Source: Acutalibacteraceae bacterium
Lineage (GTDB): Bacteria > Bacillota > Clostridia > Oscillospirales > Acutalibacteraceae
Direction of reading: 5' to 3'
DNA length: 64,000 nucleotides
NCBI GenBank assembly: GCA_045647405.1
Contig: JAZRMI010000007.1
Span: 31,895-95,894 of the forward strand
Positions within the stretch are counted from its first letter, which is position 1. Every line of letters begins with the position of its first letter. The notes beneath the pieces were generated by a model. It did no database searches. It saw only the letters and a program-made list of their open reading frames with translations, and was not told the DNA's origin. Below, piece by piece: positions 20,363 through 28,405 of this stretch. Both the position numbers and the translations under genes were made by a program.

Positions 20363-22231
20363 TTATTTCGCAAGATAAATAAGCAAAACCGAAATATCCG
20401 CAGGACTGACACCCGAAATTCTTGATGCCTGACCGATATTTGCGGGTTTTATTTTATTGAGTTTTTCAACCGCCTCAAGTCTCAATCCGTATACATCGTC
20501 ATAATTAATATCGTTTGGAATCAACTTGTTTTCAAGCCTCAACATCTCATTTACCTGTGCTTGCTGACGGGTTATATACCCCTCATACTTAATCTCAGTC
20601 TCAACCTTTTCGGTGACATCTTTCGGCAGGTTCGGTCTTCCTTTATCAAACTCAGCCAATATATCATACGAAAGTTGCGGACGCTTTACAAGGTCAGAAA
20701 GTTTCATTCCTGTTGTCATCGGCGCTGTGCCGAGTTCTTCCATAATTGAATTCAACTTCTCATTAGGACCTATAAATGTTGAATTAAGGCGTTCAATTTC
20801 AGCCTCTTTCTGCTTAGTGCGAAGCCTAAAAGCATCATAGTCTTCTTCACTTATAAGACCTAATTTATAACCCGTAGGCATAAGTCTTTCATCAGCATTA
20901 TCCTGTCTTAAAAGCAGACGGTATTCACTACGGGAAGTCATCATTCTATAAGGGTCCTGACATCCTTTTGTTACCAAATCGTCAATCAAAGTGCCGATAT
21001 ATGAAGATGAACGGGAAAGCACAAGCGGGTCTTTATTCTGCACTTTTAAAGCCGCATTTATACCTGCAACCAAACCTTGTGCCGCCGCTTCCTCATAACC
21101 TGACGAACCGTTAAACTGTCCCGCACCGTAAAGCCCCTCAAAATTTTTCATTTCGAGTGTAGCCTTTAGTGCAGACGGGTCAATACAGTCATACTCAATA
21201 GCATAAGCATTTCTTATAATTTTAACATTTTTAAGGCAAGGAATTGTCTTGTAAAACTCAATCTGAACTTCTTCAGGAAGCGACGAAGACATACCCTGTA
21301 AATACATTTCTTCTGTATTTTCACCGCAAGGCTCAATGAAAAACTGATGCCTTTTTTTATCGGCAAAACGAACGATTTTATCCTCTAAACTTGGGCAATA
21401 TCTCGGTCCAACACCCTCGATATCCCCCGCATAAAGCGGTGAACGGTTAATATTTTTGAGAATAACCTCTTTAGTATCGTCATTAGTATATCCAATATGG
21501 CATACCACCTTATTTTCAGGCGGTGTTTTTGTTGAATAACTAAAGGGAACAACCCTCTCGTCACCCTCTTGAACTTCGAGGCAGGAAAAATCAATACTGT
21601 CTCTTGCAACTCTGGCAGGAGTACCTGTTTTAAATCTTCTGAGTGGTATTCCGAGTTCCTTAAGTGAAGTTACTAATTCATTTGACGGGAAATTACCGTC
21701 AGGACCGCTTGAATAGTTGACTTCGCCGACATATATTCTTCCGCCCAAAAATGTTCCTGTGGCTAAAATAACGGTTTTACAAGTGAAAGTAGCGCCCAAA
21801 TTTGAAACACAAACCCACCCGTCATTTTCTTTTTCAAGTTTAACAATTTCACACTGTTTAACATCAAGATTTTCCTGCAGTTCAACTGCGTGTTTCATAT
21901 ATTCGCTATACGCTCTGCGGTCAATCTGCGCCCTTAATGAATGAACAGCAGGGCCTTTGCCGAGATTTAACATTCTGCTTTGCAGAGTGGTTTTATCCGC
22001 CGCTTTACCCATTTCGCCACCCAAAGCATCAAGTTCACGAACTAAATGTCCTTTAGCAGTACCGCCGATTGACGGGTTACAAGGCATATTGCCAACCCAG
22101 TCAACGCTTATAGTAAACATTATAGATTTGCAGCCAAGTCTTGCCGCCGCCAAAGCCGCCTCAACACCTGCATGACCGCCGCCTATAACTGCAACATCAT
22201 AACTGCCGGCGTCATATCTTTTAATTCCCAA
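20363..22231 (-). CDS. mnmG: tRNA uridine 5-carboxymethylaminomethyl modification enzyme
   Basis: FAD motif [12 protein letters not shown] and full-length GidA-type architecture (622 aa). Confidence 0.96.
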   Translation of the reverse strand: MGIKRYDAGSYDVAVIGGGHAGVEAALAAARLGCKSIMFTISVDWVGNMPCNPSIGGTAKGHLVRELDALGGEMGKAADKTTLQSRMLNLGKGPAVHSLRAQIDRRAYSEYMKHAVELQENLDVKQCEIVKLEKENDGWVCVSNLGATFTCKTVILATGTFLGGRIYVGEVNYSSGPDGNFPSNELVTSLKELGIPLRRFKTGTPARVARDSIDFSCLEVQEGDERVVPFSYSTKTPPENKVVCHIGYTNDDTKEVILKNINRSPLYAGDIEGVGPRYCPSLEDKIVRFADKKRHQFFIEPCGENTEEMYLQGMSSSLPEEVQIEFYKTIPCLKNVKIIRNAYAIEYDCIDPSALKATLEMKNFEGLYGAGQFNGSSGYEEAAAQGLVAGINAALKVQNKDPLVLSRSSSYIGTLIDDLVTKGCQDPYRMMTSRSEYRLLLRQDNADERLMPTGYKLGLISEEDYDAFRLRTKQKEAEIERLNSTFIGPNEKLNSIMEELGTAPMTTGMKLSDLVKRPQLSYDILAEFDKGRPNLPKDVTEKVETEIKYEGYITRQQAQVNEMLRLENKLIPNDINYDDVYGLRLEAVEKLNKIKPANIGQASRISGVSPADISVLLIYLAK

Positions 22232-22240
22232 GAGTATCCC

Positions 22241-23191
22241 CTATTTCCCTAAAATTTTCTGCTGTCTAATATCTTCACCCAAAAACCTATTGGCATTATA
22301 ATTGCCGATAAGTCTTGAAGCCACACGGGCAGTATAAAGGGTTTCGATTTCTTTGATAGACAAATTTGTATTAATAATCGTAGGCTTTTTAGAAAGCAAA
22401 CGGGTGTTAATCAGATTATATAGCGCAGATTTTGAAAAAGATGTAACCATTTCAGCGCCAAGGTCGTCAATAACAAGCAAATCGCAGTTAACCATTGCCT
22501 CATAACTACCTTTATTCTCGCCTGTGAATTTCTCCTTCTCTATAAGAGAAAACAGGTTTTCAGCAGGTCCGTAAATGGGGGTATACCCCTTTTCAATAAC
22601 ACCTGAAACAATCGCCAAAGTTAAATGGGTTTTGCCAAGTCCCGACTGTCCCATAAAAAGCAAATTTTCCGAAGTATCGGGCGAAAATTTCAAAACATAT
22701 TCTTTGCAGAGTTTTAAAATTGCCGTCATTCTTTTACGGGCATTTTCACCGTCTTCAGAGTAATATTTTAAATCGAAATTTTCAAATCTACATTCATCTA
22801 ACGGCATTTCACGAGTAAATTCCGAAAGCATAATATGATTTGCCAACTGCTTGATACATTCGCAAACCTTACCGCCGACATATCCTGTATCCTCACACAA
22901 AGGACAGTCATAAGCGATATCATAAACTTCCGCTTTCTGGAGTAAAGTCTCTTTTTCGGTTTTGAGCAACAGCGATTGATTTTTAATGAAATCAAGTTTT
23001 TTAGTATCACCCGAAAGCGCAGTTATTGCAAGATTTGCGCCCAATGATGCCAATTCGATATCTATTTCTTTTAAACGGGAATTGGAACTGTAAGCCGAGG
23101 CCAACATCATTTCACGGTGTTTAATTTTTTGATTTAAAGCCTGTTTTTTAACTTCAAACGCCTTTTTATAAATGTTTTCCTTAGTAATCAT
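22241..23191 (-). CDS. DnaC/DnaI-like helicase-loader AAA+ ATPase
   Basis: Zn-finger-like CPLCEDTGYVGGKVCEC, Walker A GQSGLGKTHL, Walker B LLVIDDLG. Confidence 0.8.
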   Translation of the reverse strand: MITKENIYKKAFEVKKQALNQKIKHREMMLASAYSSNSRLKEIDIELASLGANLAITALSGDTKKLDFIKNQSLLLKTEKETLLQKAEVYDIAYDCPLCEDTGYVGGKVCECIKQLANHIMLSEFTREMPLDECRFENFDLKYYSEDGENARKRMTAILKLCKEYVLKFSPDTSENLLFMGQSGLGKTHLTLAIVSGVIEKGYTPIYGPAENLFSLIEKEKFTGENKGSYEAMVNCDLLVIDDLGAEMVTSFSKSALYNLINTRLLSKKPTIINTNLSIKEIETLYTARVASRLIGNYNANRFLGEDIRQQKILGK

Positions 23192-23195
23192 TTTT

Positions 23196-24095
23196 TCAAT
23201 CCTTCGAATTTAACATTTTTTCAAACAAATCAATATCATACGCCGCAAAACCTTTTTGATTTTGCTCTTTCACTTCAATATCCTCAGGTTTTTTATATCC
23301 TTTTTGATGCCAATTTTCTATTATTTTCGCAACATAAGGGAACGAAAATTTTGATTTAGCATCCACACACGCCTCATAAGCCGCCAAAAGCATTTCCTTA
23401 GAAATTTTCCATTCGTCAATCCATTTAAGCGACAGTTCAATTTCTTTTTTGCTTGGTTTTCTGCGTTCAATCCCAAATACCGACTGAACAACCGCCCAAG
23501 CCTGTTCGCCCATAGCAAGATTATTAAGTTCTCTGTCAGCATCCTCAAGAGAAATTATACCTTTGTTAAGCCAATCGGTAGCGACAGATTCAATAAACCG
23601 AATATTTGCTCTATTATGTGTAACAGCATACTGAACAATAAGGAGTATAAGCGAAACATCTAATCCTTGGTCATCATAAAGCCAAACCAACGTGCTTGTC
23701 TCATTAGTCTTTAAATTTCTGCCGAATTTAAGTTGAGTTTCATTAAGCATATAACGGATTTTAGGGTCTTCAAGACCTCGTTTTGCCACATCTTCTCTTT
23801 GCGGTTTCAAAACTTTTTTAACAATATTTTTTTGTGTGTCATTATTTGTTTGTGCCGCATTGGAAACGAGCAATCCCGCATCCGCCCAAAACATCAACGC
23901 TTCCTTAACATCATAAATCAAAACATCCGTTTGGGTTGAGATTTCTTCTAAAGACGGATTATTTCCATTATTACGCATTATGTAAAGCAAAACCTTAATC
24001 TGTTCACCGCTTGCTAATTTAAGATATTTATCAACAACTTCGCTCGAAAACGGAAAAACCGCTGAAAACACCGACGGATTTATATAATAGTCCAT
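23196..24095 (-). CDS. DnaD-domain replication initiation/restart protein
   Basis: DnaD-like C-terminal repeat (IESVATDWLNKGI..., IIENWHQKGY). Paired with the loader ATPase 4 nt downstream. Confidence 0.7.
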   Translation of the reverse strand: MDYYINPSVFSAVFPFSSEVVDKYLKLASGEQIKVLLYIMRNNGNNPSLEEISTQTDVLIYDVKEALMFWADAGLLVSNAAQTNNDTQKNIVKKVLKPQREDVAKRGLEDPKIRYMLNETQLKFGRNLKTNETSTLVWLYDDQGLDVSLILLIVQYAVTHNRANIRFIESVATDWLNKGIISLEDADRELNNLAMGEQAWAVVQSVFGIERRKPSKKEIELSLKWIDEWKISKEMLLAAYEACVDAKSKFSFPYVAKIIENWHQKGYKKPEDIEVKEQNQKGFAAYDIDLFEKMLNSKD

Positions 24096-24191
24096 AATCT
24101 ACCCCATTTTAAATATTACACATATTATATCAATAATTTTAACGCTTGTAAATAGAAAATTAAAAGGAGCCTTAAAAAGACTCCTTCAAAA

Positions 24192-26126
24192 TTATTTACT
24201 TTTCGCTTTTTTCTTGATTCTTCTTATGATAAGCAAAACAACAAGAACCAACACCGCAACAAGAACCAAAATCACAGCATAAACCACAAGTGCGATTTTA
24301 TTTGGATTTTTTAGTATTTCAATAATATTCTTGCTGTCAGTATCAACCTTTCTGCCCTCAACCTTTGAATAGCGCTCAGGTATTACCGATACCCCGTCAC
24401 CGTTTTTATCAAAAGACTCAAGATAACTTGCAAGCGCAAACCATTCTTTAACCTCATTTCCGTTTTTATCACGGACAATATGTTCTTCAAAATCGGTTAT
24501 AGCATTTCCGTCTTTATCTTTTGGTGTAACACTTAGTATACCCATTGAAGTATCTTCAACAGCACCAAGCATTTGCGCCGAATAAAGACCGGCTACAACT
24601 CTGTAAAGTTTTTCGTCTTCAAGTTTGGTTTCTTTGCCGTTTTCGTCCACCAATTTAACATCGGTAACTCTATTTAATATGAGTCTGTTGGAATTGTATT
24701 CCCACCTTATACCGCTTGGATACAGTTGAGCCGCAGGCATAAGCGCCGAAACAGAAACATCAATCTCAGCAACAGTTTTAAGTTCAGCGCCCGTCAAATA
24801 CACACTAACAAGCGGATAACCTGTAATTCTGTCAGGACCAATTCCTAAACAACTGATATTAAATACATCCCAAACCTTGACTTTTCCTTTTTGAAGTGTG
24901 TCTCGTATTGTTCCGCTCGGCGCAATAGTCAATGCAACTTCTTGATATTTTTCACCCTCTGCCTGTTTAACAGCATATTGATAGGAATCGGCTATAATGC
25001 TTCCCAAAGTATCTTCTTTAAGTTGTTTGCCAAATTCACTTATGGGCGTAAAATCATAATTATTTTCTGCCAACACCTTGTCATAAGTAAGACCGAAATT
25101 TTTCAAATAATGCTCATTTATCATTGAACGGTAAACATCTAATTTTTTATTTATCTGTTCGTTTTCTGCAACTGAAGAATCCACCTTATTCAATTTATAA
25201 CTGTCAAGCGCCCATCTGCCCGACGCATTTTTATAAAGGTTAATTTCACCTAAGTTTCTTCCGTATTCCCCACATGATACAATATATGTATCTCCATACT
25301 TTATAGGTTGACTCAATGTAGTGTGTGTGTGACCACTCACAATCACATCAATTTCAGGCACTTCTTTTGCTAAAATTTCATCTTCTGATTTTTTTGAGTT
25401 TTCATCAGTGCCACTATGAGAAAGGCAGATTATAATATCAACCTTTTCCTCATTTTTTAGTATATCAACAATCCGTTTCGAAGTATCAACAATACTGTCA
25501 AAATCAATATTGCTTGCAGGTGCACATTCCTCGGCATCCTGTCCCACAACGCCATATATACCAAAACGAACACCGCCACGCTCTAATACCGTATATTCTT
25601 TTGCACCATAATTTTCAAGTGCATCTTTAACCAACTTATTATCCTTAGAATTATTTTTGTTCCAATCTATATTTGATATAACAAATTGAGGCATAACCAA
25701 GCCATCATTGATATCATCGTGTAAAATTGCAGAGTTAAGCATATTTGCCACACCCACACTGCGATAATCAAATTCATGATTACCAAAGGTCACAGCGTCA
25801 TATCGCAAATACCCCATCATTTTAAGTTCACTTGCCTGACTTTCGTATACAGTCTGATAAAGTGTTCCCATAGAAAAATCGCCCGCATCAACTAAAACCG
25901 TAGGTTCTTTTCTGTCAAACTTTTGGTCAATCAAAGTTTTCAAACGTGCGAAACCGCCCGCCACTTCACCCGAAACCATCTCGGAATCCATTCGGGAATG
26001 TAAATCGTGTGTAAACAAAACTTTAACGATTTGATGCTTTGATAATGCAGACCAACTTGATACCAAACTCAAGCAAATTGCAAATACCATAACAACAGAA
26101 ATACTTTTTTTAAGAATATTTTTCAT
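24192..26126 (-). CDS. Bifunctional metallophosphatase/5'-nucleotidase with a signal peptide and C-terminal membrane anchor
   Basis: Calcineurin-like motifs (HDLHS, DAGDF, GNHEFD, GHTH), a 5'-nucleotidase C-domain, and a terminal TM helix plus KKKAKSK tail. Confidence 0.85.
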   Translation of the reverse strand: MKNILKKSISVVMVFAICLSLVSSWSALSKHQIVKVLFTHDLHSRMDSEMVSGEVAGGFARLKTLIDQKFDRKEPTVLVDAGDFSMGTLYQTVYESQASELKMMGYLRYDAVTFGNHEFDYRSVGVANMLNSAILHDDINDGLVMPQFVISNIDWNKNNSKDNKLVKDALENYGAKEYTVLERGGVRFGIYGVVGQDAEECAPASNIDFDSIVDTSKRIVDILKNEEKVDIIICLSHSGTDENSKKSEDEILAKEVPEIDVIVSGHTHTTLSQPIKYGDTYIVSCGEYGRNLGEINLYKNASGRWALDSYKLNKVDSSVAENEQINKKLDVYRSMINEHYLKNFGLTYDKVLAENNYDFTPISEFGKQLKEDTLGSIIADSYQYAVKQAEGEKYQEVALTIAPSGTIRDTLQKGKVKVWDVFNISCLGIGPDRITGYPLVSVYLTGAELKTVAEIDVSVSALMPAAQLYPSGIRWEYNSNRLILNRVTDVKLVDENGKETKLEDEKLYRVVAGLYSAQMLGAVEDTSMGILSVTPKDKDGNAITDFEEHIVRDKNGNEVKEWFALASYLESFDKNGDGVSVIPERYSKVEGRKVDTDSKNIIEILKNPNKIALVVYAVILVLVAVLVLVVLLIIRRIKKKAKSK

Positions 26127-26187
26127 ACAAACACTCCTTTATCACCAAAAATATATCATAAATTCAATAAAAATTCAAGTATTGCTA

Positions 26188-26216
26188 TTGACAACCGCCA
26201 TTATTTAGTGTATAAT
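26188..26216 (+). promoter_or_regulatory. Consensus sigma-A promoter for the structured RNA / tRNA-Pro transcript
   Basis: TTGACA (26188-26193), a 17-nt spacer, then TATAAT (26211-26216). Both hexamers match the consensus perfectly. Confidence 0.8.
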
Positions 26217-26274
26217 CAATGCTGTTCGATTGATAAGATTAAGTTGAAACAAATTGAAATTTAATTTAATATTT

Positions 26275-26446
26275 CGAGGTGTGGCGCAGCCCTTAGCACA
26301 CTAGTTTTGGGTGAGGTTGCGAGTGCGTCCAGTGGACGATTCAACGAGCATAACGAAGCGCCGCGGTCAAAATTTATCGACGCTCCAAGGCGAAATAAAT
26401 TTTGGGCACCGCAAGAGGGTTACCAAAACCCTTAAACTAATTGGTC
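26275..26446 (+). ncRNA. Unclassified structured RNA that begins as a tRNA-Pro 5'-half look-alike (not a complete tRNA)
   Basis: 26275-26289 is identical to tRNA-Pro 26466-26480, and 26299-26311 is identical to 26490-26502 (anticodon stem 5' arm plus loop). It then diverges into a visibly GC-richer segment. Nested complementary pairs in that segment: 26304-26310/26423-26429, 26317-26326/26406-26414, hairpin 26327-26337, and 26359-26368/26379-26392. There is no ATG on the plus strand and no 3' acceptor strand. Confidence 0.45.
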
Positions 26447-26465
26447 TTTTTAAACAACTTAACAT

Positions 26466-26541
26466 CGAGGTGTGGCGCAGTTGGTAGCGCACTAGTTTTG
26501 GGAACTAGATGCCGCAGGTTCGAGCCCTGTCACCTCGACCA
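26466..26541 (+). tRNA. tRNA-Pro (anticodon UGG), CCA encoded
   Basis: Cloverleaf read by hand. Acceptor CGAGGTG/CACCTCG, D arm GCGC-AGTTGGTA-GCGC, anticodon arm CTAGT-TTTGGGA-ACTAG (TGG at 26499-26501, G37), T arm GCAGG-TTCGAGC-CCTGT, then A-CCA. Confidence 0.93.
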
Positions 26542-26550
26542 TTTGATTTG

Positions 26551-26598
26551 GTTCTGTTTTTTGAACATTTTTTTCGAAAAACAGAACTTTTTCTTTTT
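26551..26598 (+). terminator. Rho-independent terminator after tRNA-Pro
   Basis: gttctgttttt ... aaaaacagaac stem followed by tttttcttttt. Confidence 0.8.
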
Positions 26599-26651
26599 AT
26601 AAACCCTTTATTTATGCGCATTCACATTCTCCAATCGATTTTTGCTGATTC
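26594..26651 (+). repeat. Flank module copy A (tttttataaaccctttatttatgcg...ttctccaatcgatttttgctgattc)
   Basis: Direct, diverged repeat of 28016-28073 (about two-thirds to three-quarters identical by eye). Its first part (26601-26618) recurs at 29841-29858. Confidence 0.7.
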
Positions 26652-27945
26652 TGAAAAAATTTAAATTTGAAAATAAAAAATTTATTAAGTGCAGCTATAT
26701 CAACACCCCTTTCTCATTTATTCTTGCCATATAATTCCTCAAATCTAACGGGAGATTTAAGTCCTAAAGTGCTATGTGGACGGCGTTCATTATAGAATTT
26801 TATATACTCATCTACCGATTTTTTAAAATCGTTTTCCGAAGTGTAATTTCTCCTATATGCTTCCTCTCTTTTAAAAGAAGCAAAAAACGATTCCATTACA
26901 GCATTATCACAAGGTCTGCCAGAATTAGAAAACGATTGGGTAGCAGAACAATTACTCAAAATTTTTCTAAATGTTTCTGAAATATACTGTGAACCTCTAT
27001 CGCTATGAAACATTAATCCCTCTGGATTGCCTCGTTCTTCAAATGCTTTGCGAAACGATGCAGTAACCAAATTTGTACTACATTTTCTTGAAACTTTATA
27101 TCCAACAACTCTTCGTGAATACAAATCTAATATTACACAAAGATATACTGGATAGTTTTTGAGTTTAAAATATGTAATGTCACTTACCCATTTCTGATTC
27201 ATTCGCTCTGCTTTAAACTCTCTGTTTAGCAAATTACGTTTCATGCGGTCTTTATGCATTCTATAATAACTTTTAGCACCACGTTGAATACTCTCAAGAC
27301 CTAATTCATCCATAATCTTTTTTACTCTGCGTTTGCTTACTATTACTCCGTTCTCAGCTAATACTGCACTAATCTTTGCCGCTCCATACCGTTGTTGTCC
27401 TTCGTCAAAGACCTCTTGTACTTTTAACATTGTTTGTGCTTGTTCTTCTAAAAACTTTGTTCTATCTGCTTTTCTGAAAATATGGTTGTAAAATGTACCT
27501 CTATCCACATTCAAAGCCTCGCACAGTTCACGAACACTATATAATTCTGTTTGCTCATACAACTGTGCAAGAATTCTTAGTCTTTTTTGCAAATCAATTT
27601 CATTAAGCAATTTAGAAAGTTTAATGATTTCTAATAAATGTTGGTTTCTAGCATATTTCCTTTTTAGTTCTTTAAATTCCGATAAAGTAAACTGCTCCTC
27701 CAAAGGTCCATGAATGGTATAATCGTTCACCCAGCGAGCGACTGTTGATACAGCCACATTATATTTTTCCGCCGCAAAAACCAAAGAGTGTTTCTTTTCG
27801 TAGCAAGCTACAACTTGGTTTTTAAATTCCTCGGGATACTGTTTTGACATGGTAAAAACTCCTTTCAATTACTGAAAGTATTTTACCATAATTCTGATTT
27901 TTCAAAAATCAGACCGAATGAAAACCGGAAATCTGACCGATTGGA
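26630..27945 (-). mobile_element. IS3-family insertion sequence (boundaries tentative)
   Basis: Contains the transposase gene. Reading inward, both ends start with TCCAATCG and later share ctgatt(c/t)t(g)aaaaat, but the inverted repeats are imperfect and gapped, and I saw no clear target-site duplication. Confidence 0.55.
26714..27850 (-). CDS. IS3-family transposase, HTH and DDE (rve) domains in one continuous ORF
   Basis: HTH N-terminus (YPEEFKNQVVACY...VAVSTVARWV). The rve core has WVSDITYF, LDLYSRRVVGY, HSDRGSQY and DNAVMESFFASFKRE. Start taken at MSKQY (ATG 27850) after AAAGGAG. Confidence 0.9.
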   Translation of the reverse strand: MSKQYPEEFKNQVVACYEKKHSLVFAAEKYNVAVSTVARWVNDYTIHGPLEEQFTLSEFKELKRKYARNQHLLEIIKLSKLLNEIDLQKRLRILAQLYEQTELYSVRELCEALNVDRGTFYNHIFRKADRTKFLEEQAQTMLKVQEVFDEGQQRYGAAKISAVLAENGVIVSKRRVKKIMDELGLESIQRGAKSYYRMHKDRMKRNLLNREFKAERMNQKWVSDITYFKLKNYPVYLCVILDLYSRRVVGYKVSRKCSTNLVTASFRKAFEERGNPEGLMFHSDRGSQYISETFRKILSNCSATQSFSNSGRPCDNAVMESFFASFKREEAYRRNYTSENDFKKSVDEYIKFYNERRPHSTLGLKSPVRFEELYGKNK

Positions 27946-28015
27946 CTGTTTTTTAAATGCCGATTTCGGAATAAACTTTCGTATTTTGCATACTAAATGC
28001 CGATTTCGGCATTTT

Positions 28016-28073
28016 CTTTTTTATAAACGCTTTTTAGCTTTTTTACGTTCTCCAGTAGAATTTTTACTGATTC
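28016..28073 (+). repeat. Flank module copy B
   Basis: tttttataaacgctttttagc...ttctccagtagaatttttactgattc, preceded by the terminator-like hairpin aaatgccga-tt-tcggcattt (27995-28014). Confidence 0.7.
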
Positions 28074-28139
28074 AAAATTATTAAACAAACAAATGGCATC
28101 ACTCCTTTCTTATTTGTTTTTATCATAAAACAGCGCATG

Positions 28140-28168
28140 TTTACTATTGGAAAATTTTATGGTATAAT
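28140..28168 (+). promoter_or_regulatory. Putative sigma-A promoter (extended -10) for the Zn-ribbon/kinase cassette
   Basis: TTTACT (28140-28145), a 17-nt spacer ending in TGg, then TATAAT (28163-28168). Lies about 40 nt upstream of the 28207 start. Confidence 0.6.
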
Positions 28169-28206
28169 GTCATAAAAGATATTTATAAAAGTGAGGTGCC
28201 GAGGTT

Positions 28207-28377
28207 ATGGCAGAATGGAATTGGGAAAAGAACAATGGATTAACTCCTATGGATGTAGCGCCTAATAGTCATAAGAAGGTTTGGTGGAAGTGTAACAAAG
28301 GGCATGAATGGCAAGCTATAATAGGCAATAGACACAAAGGGAACGGTTGCCCCATTTGCAGAAAAGAAAAAAGATAA
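28207..28377 (+). CDS. 56-aa stand-alone Zn-ribbon protein (single DUF4379-type 'probable zinc-ribbon' repeat)
   Basis: Below the ORF-track size cut-off, so translated by hand: MAEWNWEKNNGLTPMDVAPNSHKKVWWKCNKGHEWQAIIGNRHKGNGCPICRKEKR. It has the WWKC-x2-GH ... GCPxC pattern, and GTGAGGTG precedes the ATG. Confidence 0.65.
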   Translation: MAEWNWEKNNGLTPMDVAPNSHKKVWWKCNKGHEWQAIIGNRHKGNGCPICRKEKR

Positions 28378-28405
28378 TAATACTTATATTTAGGTGAAAG
28401 CTTAT

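Noticed and set aside
26312-26446. Attempted match of the GC-rich RNA to known classes: group I intron in a tRNA anticodon loop, T-box (GGGCACCGC versus the GGGTGGTACCGCG box), purine and glycine riboswitches, twister (AAGCGCC...GGGC).
   Set aside because: It is too short for a group I intron, and no downstream tRNA 3' exon follows. The conserved cores of the other classes are not reproduced beyond 5-8-nt coincidences. It is left unclassified rather than named.
27955-28014. Direct repeats of aaatgccgatttcgg, considered as a possible mini-CRISPR or iteron array.
   Set aside because: There are only two copies, the second forms part of a terminator-like hairpin, and there is no regular repeat-spacer periodicity. 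No CRISPR array is present anywhere in the window.
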